Origin: the human T2T-CHM13v2.0 reference genome, Homo sapiens
Direction: 5' to 3' (one strand)
Assembly: GCF_009914755.1 (NCBI RefSeq)
Contig: NC_060939.1
DNA: 64,000 nucleotides
Shown piece by piece: positions 43,228-64,000 of the stretch (positions are counted from its first letter, which is position 1; every line of letters starts with the position of its first letter). The notes below the pieces were generated by a model. That model did not search any database and was not told where the DNA came from. It was given only the letters and a program-made list of their open reading frames with translations. A program made the translations under genes and the position numbers.

Positions 43228-43342
43228 CTTTTCCAGGAGGGAGCTATCCGTTCTGGGTTGATTCTGTTCCAGTGTATACAATTTCTCCATCTTTAACCAT
43301 TTCATTCCACAGACCACAGAGCCCATCTCTTGTGAATGCAAG
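43228..43342 (-). pseudogene. HERC2: HERC2-like exon ~3 (115 bp) with premature TAG
   Basis: ag|CTTGCATTC...GGAAAAG|gtaag; LAFTRDGLCGLWNEMVKDGEIVYTGTESTQNG*LPPGK; TAG at 43246-43244. Confidence 0.95.
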
Positions 43343-43583
43343 CTGGCAATGATAAACGAGATAAGCTCACACTCACACTGCAATTTTTAAAGAATGATAT
43401 GGGAAAAAATCTCAATCCCCCTTATGTATTCGATCATTCGGTAATAAAATCAATGATTTACTGAATTAGTGACTTAATCATTTTACATTTCATGAAAGTC
43501 ATCCAAGAAATATAAATGAAAAGGTGCATAATAGTATAAATACTATTCTACCTCTTATGTAACATACAAGAAAAATGACACGT

Positions 43584-45273
<1,690 letters not shown>

Positions 45274-45539
45274 GCAGCTGTTCAAAGACGATAGGGACTC
45301 CTGGCCAAATTTATAATAATTATAATAACTGTGAGCATCAAAATCAAAAACGCCTTTGCTTGTCAACATTTGTGAGTCAGAAAAGGCTTCCCAGAACAGG
45401 AAAAGGGAGCATTTCAGACACTGGGGGAAGGCATCCATTCTGAAAACTGCGTATGTGACAGAAGCTCCCTTGTCTGGCAAAACAAAAGCCATTTTTAATT
45501 AAAAGAGACAGATGTTTGCCCATCTTTTTTTTTTTTTAA

Positions 45540-45890
<351 letters not shown>

Positions 45891-47677
45891 CTATCTAACT
45901 CCATTTTTATACCCATTAACCATCCGCACTTCACCCCCACTTTATCCTTCCCAGTCTCTGATAACCATCATTCTACTCTATCTCCATGAGTTCAATTACT
46001 TTCATTTGCTTAGCACCTACAAATAAGTGAGAACATGCAAAGTTCGATTTTCTGGGTCTGGCTCATGACATTCTGTTCCTGACTTAACATAACGACCTCC
46101 AGTTCTATCCATGTTGTTGCAAACGGCAGTATCCCATTCTTTTTCATGGTTGAATAGTACTCCGTTGAGTATATATACCACATTTTCTTCATCCATTCAT
46201 CTGCTGGGAACACTTAGGTTGCTTCCAAATCTTGGCTATTGAGAATAGTGCTGCAATAAACATGAGAGTGTACATATTTCTTCAACATACTGATATTCTT
46301 TCCTCTGGGTATATACCTACCAGTGGGATTGCTGAATCATATGATAGTCCTATTTTTAGTTTTTTGAGGAACCTCCAAGCTAATCTCCATAATGGCTGTG
46401 CTAATTTACATTCCCACCAACAGTGCACAAGGGTTCCCTTTTCTCTATATTCTTGCCAGCATTTGTTCTTGTCTTTTGGATATAAGCCATTTTAATTAGG
46501 GTGAGATAATATCTCATTATAGTTTTGATTTGCATGTCTCTGATGACCAACCATGTTGAGCACCTGTTCGTATTGCCTGTTTGTCATTTGTATATCTTCT
46601 TTTGAGAAATGTCTATTCAAATCTTTTGCCCATTCTTATTGGATTATTAGATTTTTTTCCTATAGAGTTGCTTAAGCTAATTATATATTCTGGTTATTAA
46701 TCCTTTGTCAGATGGGTAGTTTGCAAATATTTTCTCCCATTCTGTGGGTTGTCTCTTCATTTTGTTGATTGTTTCCTTTGCTGTGCAGCTTTTTAACTCA
46801 ATGTGATCCCACTTGTCCATTTTAGCTTTGGTTGCCTGTGTTTACGAACTATTACTCAAGAAATCATTACCCAGTGCAATGTCCTGGAGAGTCTCCCCAA
46901 TGTTTTCTTTTAGCACTTTCATAGTCTGAAGTCTTAGGTTTAAGTCTTTACTCCATTTTGATGTGATTTTCGTATATGGTGAGAGATAGTGGTCTAGTTT
47001 CATTTTTCTGCATATGGGTGCCCCATTTTCCCAGCACCATTTATCAATGAGGCTATCCTTTCCCTCATGTATCCTCCGGGCACCTCTGTCAAAGGTGAGT
47101 TCACTGTAGATGTATAGATCTGTTTCTGGGTTCTCTATTCTGTTCCATTGGTCTAGGTGTCTGTTTTTATACCAGTACCATGCTGTTTTGGTATACCTTT
47201 CTAGTAAACTTTGCACTTGATCTAAGCCAAAAAAGACCAGGAAGTGACTGTAGTATAATTTTAAGTCAGGTAATGCAATTTCTCCAGTTTTGTTTTTTGC
47301 TCAGGATGGCTTTGGCTATTCTGTCTCTTGTGATTCCATACAAATTTCAGGATTTTTTTTTCTATTTCTGTGAAGAATGTCATTGGTATTTTGATAAGGA
47401 TTACATTGAACCTGTAGATTGCTTTGGGTAGTACAGACATTTTAACAGTATTGATTCTTCCAATCCATGAACACAGAGTATCTTTTCCTTTTCTGTGTGT
47501 CTTCTTCAATTTTCTGCATCAATGTTTTACAGTTTTCGTGGTAGAGATCTTTTCACTTCTTGGGTTAGGTTTATTCCTACGTATTTTACTTTATTTGTAG
47601 CTATTATAAATGGAATTATTTTTCTTGATTTATTTTTCATATTGTTCACTGTTGACATATAGAAATGCTACTGATTT

Positions 47678-48042
<365 letters not shown>

Positions 48043-48187
48043 TTAGTATCCTGCAATTTTACTGAATTTATCAGTTCTAATCATTTTTTGGTGGAGTTTT
48101 TAGGTTTTTCCAAATATAACAATCATCTGCAAACAAGAGTAACTTGGCATCTTCATTTCCAATTTGGATGCCCTTTATTTCTTCTTC

Positions 48188-49556
<1,369 letters not shown>

Positions 49557-51944
49557 TGCAAACTTATCTATTTCTTCCATGTTTCCCAATTTATTGACAT
49601 ATAGCTGTTCATAGTCTCTAATGACCCTTTGAATTTCTGCAATATCAGTTGTAATGCCTACTTTTTCACCTCTGATTTGGGTCTTCTTTTTCTCTTAGCC
49701 TGCCTGAAAGCTTGTCAATTTATCTTTTAGAAAAACCAACTTTTCATTTCATTGATCTTTTGTATTATTTTCTTCATTTCAACTCCATTTTATTTCTGCT
49801 CTAATTTTTATTATTTCTGTCCTTAAAATTATGGGTTTGGTTAGCTCCTTCATTTCTAGTTCTTTAAGATGTATCATTAGGTTATTTATTTGAAGTTTTT
49901 CTACTTTTTTGATTTTCCTCTTAGTATTGCTTTCACTATATCCCACAGGTTTCGTATGCTGTGCTGCCATTGCCATTTGCTTCAAGAAATTGTTTAATTT
50001 CATTCTTAATTTCTTCACTGACCTGTTGGTCATTCAGGAGCATATTGTTTAATTCCCATGTGTTGGTGGAGTTTCCAAAATTCCTCGTTATTGATTTTTA
50101 GTTATAGTCCATTGTGATCAGAGAAGATACTTAACATAATTTTTTTAACTTTAATATGGCAAAAGAGGAATCTAGCTTCATTCTTCTGCATATGAATATC
50201 AAGTTTTCCCAACACCATTTATTGAAGAGATTGTCTTTTCCCCAGTGTTTGTTCTTGGTACCTTTGTCGAAAATGAGTTCACCGTAGATGTGCGGATTTG
50301 TTTCTGGATTCTCTATTCTGTTCCGTTGGTCTGTGTCTGTTTTATGCTAGTACTATGCTGTTTTGGTTACTATAGCTCTGTAGTATAATTTGAAGTCAGG
50401 TAATCTGATTCCTCCAGTTTGTTTCTTTTTAATTACGAGAGCTTCGGCTATTCTGGGTCTTTTGTGGTTCAACATGAATTTTAGGATTTTTTTTTTTTCT
50501 GTTTCTGTGAAGAATGTCATTGGTATTTTGCTAGGGATTGCACTCAATCGGTAGATTGCTTTGGGTAGTATGGACATTTTAACAATATTGATTCTTCCGA
50601 TCCATGAAGATGAAATATTTTTCCATCTTTTGTGTCCTCTTTAATGTCTTTCATCAGGGTTTTAGAGTTTTCATTACAGAGATCTTTGTAATTATCTTCT
50701 TTGGTTACTTCCCAGGTACTTAATTTCATGTGTGGCTACTATAAATGGGATTAGTTTTCTAATTTTTTTCATATTGTTTACTGTTGGCACACAGAAATGC
50801 TACTGATTTTTGTATGTTGATTTCGTATACTGCAACTGTACTGAATTTATCAGCTCTAATCATTTTCTTGTGGAGTCTTTAGGTTTTTCCACATATAAGA
50901 TCATATCATCTGCAAACAAGGATAATTTGACTTCTTCCTTTCCAATGTGGAGGCCTTTTATTTCTTTCTCTTGTCTGATTGCTCTAGCAAGAACTTCCAG
51001 TACTATGTTGAATAACGGTGGCCACACTGAGCATCCTTGTCATGTTCCAGATCTTAGAGGAAAGACTTTCAGTTTTTCACCATTCAGTATGATACTAGCT
51101 GTGGGTCTGTCATATACGGCTTTTATTATGTTGAGGTATGTTTCTTCCATAATCAGTTTTAAGAGATTTTATCATGAAAGGATGTTGAATTTTATCAAAT
51201 GCCTTTTCAGCATCGACTGAAATAATCACATGGTTTTTATCCTTGACATGATGTGTCACATCGATTGATTTGCATATGTTGAACCATCCTTGTACCCCAG
51301 GGATAAACCCCACTTCATCACAATGAACGATCTTTCTAACGTATTGCTGAATTTGGTTTGCTAGTATTTTGTTGAGGATATTTGCATCAATATTCATCAG
51401 AGACATTGGCCTGTAGTATTCTTTCTTTGACGTGTCTTTGTCTGCTTTTAGTATCAAGGTTTCAATTTTTAATGACTTATTTTGTGGCCTAACATATGGT
51501 CTAACCTTGAGGACGATCCATGTGCTAAAGAGAACAATGTAAATTCTGCAGCCATCAGATGAAATGTTCTAGAAATATCTATTAAATCCATTTGGTCTAC
51601 AGTGCAGATTAAGTTTGATGTTTCTTCGTTAATTTTGTCTGGATGATCTGATCTGTCCAATGCTGAAGTGGAGTGTTGAAGCCTCCATCTATTAATGTAT
51701 TAACGCCTCTCTCTCTCTTTAGCTGTAATATTTGTTTTATGTATCTGGGTGCTCTAGTGTTGAGTGCATATATACATATATTTATAATAGTTATAGCCTC
51801 TTGCTGAATTGGCCCCTTTATCATTACATAATGACTTTTTTGGTCTCCTTTTATAGTTTTGGTCTTGAAATCTATTTGGTCTGATATAACCGCTATGCTC
51901 TTTTGTGATTTCCATTTGCCTCTCCCTTTTTCCATCCCTCTGCA

Positions 51945-52264
51945 CCGTCCTGAAGAGATGGTCTCCAATCTGAAGAAGCAAGCAGCCAATGAACTGCCCG
52001 TGGGGAGGGGCAGCCTCCAAGAGCCCAGGGTTTCAGTCCCACAACCACAATGGATTCAATTCTACCAATGAGGACCTGAGCTCCAGATGACAGCGTGCCC
52101 TAGCCAACACCTTGACTACAGCCTGTGACACCTGAAGTAGAGGATAGAACTAAGCTATGGCCAGACTCCTGACCCACAGAAACTGTGAGAGTGTAAATGC
52201 TTGTTGTTACAAGCTGCCAAATTTGTGTTTGGTAACTTGTTCTGTAGCGACAGAAACCAAGCCA
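51945..52264 (+). mobile_element. MaLR LTR fragment (MLT1F/G/H-like)
   Basis: gagctccagatga...gccaacaccttgact.cagcctgtga...ctcctgacccacagaaactgtgag. Confidence 0.75.
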
Positions 52265-52437
52265 GCATCCTTCAGTTTTTGTAGAAGGAACAGCTTTCTC
52301 TCAGCACTGTTATTTTTTCTGTTCACATCACTAACAGGATAACTGCCATAAACATACTTGGAACCAAAACATATGACTTTTGGTAAAAATATCAGCTGGT
52401 GGGGGAGAGGTAAACTCCTTCCTAAAAAGTGAGCCCT

Positions 52438-55072
<2,635 letters not shown>

Positions 55073-55600
55073 ATGAATGGGACTTTCCATTTGTAAAGTG
55101 AGAGTATTTATTTCTACAACTGTCTCCAATTAGCTTTTTATTAGTAGCTGACTTACCTAAACGTGCCCAGTAGCTTTTCAACTTTTGACTTTTTTGGTTC
55201 AGATCCCAGAAGCTTCTAATTAGGTTATTTGGGCTAAGAACTCTTTTCCAATCTTTTCCAATCTCACATTCCTATCTTACACCTCTGAAATGACATGGCA
55301 AGTAAAGGCACTTTCATCATCAAAAGACCCCAGCAAAAGAGGCAGTAACAGGCTCACTTTTTGTAAGTTACTAAACTGAAGCTCAGAAGGCCAATGACTT
55401 GACCAAAGGCCACACAACACTGAGGCTGTGAGAGGCGGGATTTGGGAAGAGGCCCAACTCCAAGGCTTATTCGCTTCCCACCAACACCATAACATGCACC
55501 CACACCTGCAGCACGGCAGCCAGGGCAAGCCTTCACGCTCCCATACATAGGCCACCAATATTTTAATACCAATCAGGACTAGGCAAGCAAACAGTTAAGG

Positions 55601-55601
<1 letters not shown>

Positions 55602-55632
<31 letters not shown>

Positions 55633-55888
55633 AGACAGAGTCTTGCTCTGTTGCCCAGGCTGGAGTGCAGTGGCGCCATCTTGGCTCCCCGGGTTCATGC
55701 CATTCTCCTGCCTCAGCCTCCCGAGTAGCTGGGACTACAGGCGCACGCCACCACACCCGGCTAATTTTTTGTGTATTTTTAGTAGAGACAGGGTTTCACC
55801 GTGTTAGCCTGGATGGTCTCGATCTCCTGACCTTGTGATCCACCCGCCTCGGCCTGGGATTACAGGCGGGAGCCACCGCACCCAGCCC
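55602..55888 (-). mobile_element. AluY with internal deletions
   Basis: TSD gttaaggc. Confidence 0.88.
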
Positions 55889-56939
55889 GTTAAGGCATTT
55901 ATTAAAGTGACTTCAGAACTATAGAGTCAGGCAATAAAATCCAAAACTGAATAATATAACAAATGAATATCTGATTAATGTATAGGTTAGAAAATGTTTC
56001 TTTTTCATGTCCTTACAATTTGACAGAAAAGTAATCTTCAAATATTTGCAGATGAGTAAAGGTATACGGCTTTTTTTCTTAAACCTACAGAAAAATACTA
56101 AACACCTACTGAACGTAGGACAACATATGAAAAAATGTTAAGAACAGGTTCCTAGAACAATTAGAAAGGTCAGACAGGAACATTAAGTACGTCGATTTGA
56201 AGACATCCTAGAAGCAGCAAGGGAGTGAGGTCTTCCTAAAGTCTAAGACCCACGAGAGGAGGAAAGAGGCCCAGAGAACCTAAGCACGCAGGGATGAGAC
56301 TGAGAAGCAAAACGGAGCTTCTGAGAGACTCCCAGGGCCCTCATACAGGAGAAAGAGGCCTGGCAGATCCCATGCTCTGAGCTGGAACCTCAAAGGGCCA
56401 CACACCAGAAATACAGGTGAGTTAGAAGTAGACCAGCCTTCACGGAAAACCAGCCCAGTTTCGCATTCTCTCAATTTCCAAAGGGACTGCAGTGACCTGA
56501 GATTGCCTAGAACATCCTCTCTGGAGGAAGATATTGTTACCTAGAGCCTCGATTTATTGCTACAATATTGCATATACAATATCTGAAAGTCAAGCAAATA
56601 TAATAATGACAAAGATACAAGACCACATCATTGAAAAATGAAAAAAAAATAGAAGTCATTAGAACAGACCGAGTAGATCCTGAAAACAGAAACATAAAGA
56701 CTTCTGTCATGAAAGAAGAGCCTGAGGAATGAACTGAAGTGTTGACACTCTGCTCAGCAGATGTCAGCTCGGGGCAATGGGGTGAGGGAAGTGGGAAAGC
56801 GAGACAAGGAGATCAATGAAGTAACGATATGCAGTATATGACTTCACAGTCAGCTAAGTGTGATTTTAGCCTACTCTGCCTATGTAGGAGCCATTCTTAT
56901 TTCCTTTAATTTCCTAAAAAAAGAAAAATATATATTAAA

Positions 56940-57497
<558 letters not shown>

Positions 57498-57963
57498 ATG
57501 TTAGTGCCACCTCTTCTCAATGAGCTGCAAATACAACCAACTGTTCAGCCAGCACATTCACTAGGCATATGTGGCTTTTCCAGAAGGTTTGCAAGAAGAA
57601 ACTACACCATAAAATAGTCCAAAGAGGAAAGAAAAAAGGGAGGAATAAAAACACTGAGTTCCCTCATCTCTCCTTGTAAAGTGGTGAACGTTCATACCAC
57701 AAGGAATTCACACCCACACACACTCGCCACACCTTCCAGGCTGTGTCACTGGCTCCTTGGTAGGCAGTCAGGAAGCCATATTCCAACTCTCTTGCGTGAC
57801 ATCACAGCGGAGACTGGAGCTGAAGGGCGGCTCACAGGCATGAGTCAGCCAAGAGGGACAGAGAGAGGCGGCTAAGGAATCTATGGGGTCGGACAAGGTT
57901 TATAAACACACTTTTAAAATAACTACCTTTAATAGAGTCAAGCAATTAAAAGATCCTATTAAC

Positions 57964-58262
<299 letters not shown>

Positions 58263-58279
58263 GATCACATTAACAATTT

Positions 58280-59450
58280 CAACACAGAAGTTGAAACTAG
58301 AAAAAAGTACCTAAAGTGGCAGTTAAAGAAACTGTCAAACATTTCAAACTAAACATTTTAAAGGGATGTGTTTAATATAATTATACCTCAATAAAGTTGA
58401 TATGTTTAAAAAATGGAAATTCTGGAATAGAAAAATATAATAGTAAAATTTAAAACTCAATGGATTTGATTAAAAACAGATTGGGAAGGCCTGTGCTTCC
58501 TCCACCTATAAAGGATGAATTCTGTAGAAATCACTTCCTTGCTATAATCAACTAGAAAACCAGACAGAATATACCGAAAAGCTGTTACCAAAAACTGGAC
58601 AACAGACAGCCCAGAGCTGGGATCCCTGAGAGAAGGGAAACACTGCCCAGAAGCAGCTTCCAGGCTGCAGCACAGGAAAGGGGAACCCAAATAGAGCCCA
58701 AAGAACTTGCTGAGCTCAGGAGACAGATCAGCTATACGTAGGCCAAATGACAAGAATACAGCAAGCTCCAGAGATGAGTGGAGGGGCCCCTTGAGTATCT
58801 GTCTGAGTACTACTCTGAGCATAGGTTAAGAAAACTATGGAATACTGGGGAAAGCAGCACTAGAAAGTAATAAGGAGCATTGCCATGATGCACAGTCTGG
58901 GAAAAGCCTGTGTTTCCACAAACAAGGACAGAAAGATCTTCTCATACACCAAGCATCAGGTGGAGTCCTGAGAACAGTATTGCCTTCGTTGTATGGATAA
59001 ATGAGCCCAAGAGTAAAGCCTGTGTGGATCAGCCTAACAAACCTCAGAATCAAGCTTTGAAAAGATCAAACTGACCCCATGTAACTTACATGTATGGCAG
59101 AAGAAAACTAAGGCTCTTTAAAAAAATAAAATCCTGCACAGAAGATAAAATTAATGCCTAGCATTCAATCAAAAATTAGCAGGCATACAACCATGCCCCC
59201 ATAACTAGGGCAATCAATCAATAGAAATGACAGAATCAATCAACAGAGATGGATCTAGAAGTGATCAGAGATTACAGAATTCACAGACAAGGACATTAAA
59301 AGCTCTCTTACAGAAATGCTCCCTATACTAATAGAAGGAAAGCATGAATGTTATAAGGAGTGAAACAGAAGATATAAAAAGGACTCAAATGGAATCTCTA
59401 GAAATGAAAATACAAAATGGATGGATGAGATTAACAGAACTGCATAACAG
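58280..59450 (+). mobile_element. Old L1M 5'/ORF1-type fragments
   Basis: attcaatcaaaaattagcaggcat, cagacaaggacattaaaagc, gaatctctagaaatgaaaa. Confidence 0.55.
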
Positions 59451-59786
59451 TTACAACCATAATCTACAATGTCTAAGCACATGGCTATGCCATGCTCTCT
59501 CCCTTAACACTCATGCAGTCTAGGTTTAAAAAATAACTGTTTCATGCCCATCATCAGTTGCAGGTTGATCTACAGTCATCCAGTTGTCTAAAGATCTTTC
59601 TCCACTCCATTCCTAAGGAAGGGCTCATGAGAACAATACTTCCTAAGTTACAGCTCACTGAGAAGTTTGTGTGTTTTTCATCTGAAAAGTCGGTTTTGCT
59701 GGAACAAAAAATGCTTTACTCACATTTTCTTTTCTTGAGTGCCTTAAACAGGATACTCAATTTCTTCTTCATAAAGAATTGTCATC

Positions 59787-61221
<1,435 letters not shown>

Positions 61222-62178
61222 GAAGTGACAATATTTATATACAATAAGTTTAACTGTAAAAGCTTACATTTATGCGTGGTCATTTTTAATTGATGATTAG
61301 ATGAAGAGACAAATAAATGGTCCCAGTTTAGCTACTGATATACTCAACAAACCTTGACGGACCTGAGGGCATTATGCTGAGTAAAGAAAATCATTTCCGA
61401 AGGTCACATATCACTTGGTAATCTCACAGTAACAAAATTATAGAGATGGAGAACAGATCAGTGGTTGGCAGGAGTTAGAGATGGTGGCAGAAGAGAGGCA
61501 GGAGAGAGATCTTTCTGGTGATGAAACAGTTCTGCATAGGAAATTGTAGTAGTAGTTATATTTACAGACACTCGATAGAATGGCACAGAACTACGCACAC
61601 ACATTGTACCAACTTCAATTTCTGGGTTTTTATACTCTATTATGGTTACATAAAATGTAACCACTGGGGCAGTATGCGCAAATATACAATGACCTCTCTA
61701 GTTTCTTTACAACTTCCTGAGAGTCTATTATTATTTCAAAATAAAAAGTTTTTTTAAAAATTGCTTCATGCATATCTAGTTTCATGTGCCACTTAAAAAA
61801 GAACCCAAAAATAGAAACTGTAGGAAATTCATCTGAGTGCAGCTTATGCAAGAAGGGGCAGGATAACTCCATTCTGGACCTATGCTCAAAGACATGCACC
61901 TTTACCTTACAACAAAACTGGCGAACAGGCATGTGTTTTAAGAATAAAAAGCTTTTAAGGTCTCATATATTGGTTTTTATGATTCCTTTGCTTAACTGAC
62001 TTTTTGGTTTGCTAAAAAACTACCAATCACATCAGATTAGAAGTACTTTCACGGTAAAAATAAAAAGTGATGTGACTGACACCTCTTACCTCTGTAATGT
62101 ATTACTCTTCACGAGAGCAGTGAAGGAAAACATGGTGATTCAGTCACTCCACACATCAAGCAGAAAAGAGTGTTGAAC

Positions 62179-63528
<1,350 letters not shown>

Positions 63529-64000
63529 CTAAGATATAAATGGTGCTTCACTGTATGTTTATCTGCCCAACCCATCATAGGAACTCAATTCAGCATTAAA
63601 CTGGTTTTAGATCAAGACACTAGAACTCATGTTTAGCAGTTATTAAATTACAATTATTAAGAAAAAAACTTCATTACGTAAAGTCCTTTACTCCAAAAAG
63701 TTTCTCAAAATACATAAACACTAATATAAAAACAACTATTAAAACTTTGCCTGAATCTCAGGATTTCAGAAATATGAAAGTACTCATCTCTCACGTCTCC
63801 CATCCACTTAAAATGACAAAACAGATCATTATAGCTAAATCAAAGGAAATGTTTAAAGAGAAACAAACCCAAAGAGTAACTACACCAATTCTTGACCCAA
63901 TTCTCTGTACTCTGTCTTATGTAACATTACACTATGAATAACAATCCCATCATCCACAACAGCTTTTTTTTTTTTTTTTTGAAAAAAAAGCTCTCATTGT

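Noticed and set aside
56843-56875. Y RNA pseudogene (ttcacagtcag)
   Set aside because: Only about 11 nt match; no Y RNA 5'/3' stem sequences.

Overview
Primate (human-like) genomic DNA, rich in Alu, L1 and LTR elements. The minus strand carries an unprocessed, partially duplicated HERC2 pseudogene of the 15q11-q13 duplicon type (HERC2P2/P3/P9 family; the exact paralog cannot be fixed from this window). I can read 19 HERC2-derived exons between 43342 and 300: exons ~3, 4, 10 and 24-39, numbered from recall of the HERC2 structure. Exons ~5-9 and ~11-23, which include the first RCC1-like domain, are absent. Lesions read from the sequence: TAG in exon 3, a +2 frameshift in exon 10, CGA>TGA in exon 27, in-frame indels in exons 4, 32 and 33, and an AG>CG acceptor at exon 39. 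Exons 28-38 still form an open frame of about 585 codons that includes the MIB-HERC2 domain. The most notable unexpected element is a processed copy of the SMIM30 (LINC00998) microprotein mRNA on the plus strand in intron 3, with a poly(A) tail and an ORF that is still open (68 aa). Other oddities are a 54-bp VNTR that multiplies a branch point, a 24-bp perfect palindrome created by an in-frame insertion, a duplicated splice acceptor, and candidate Alu-associated deletion junctions. I found no evidence of a wholly novel biological system. Repeat family names and boundaries were assigned by eye and are approximate.
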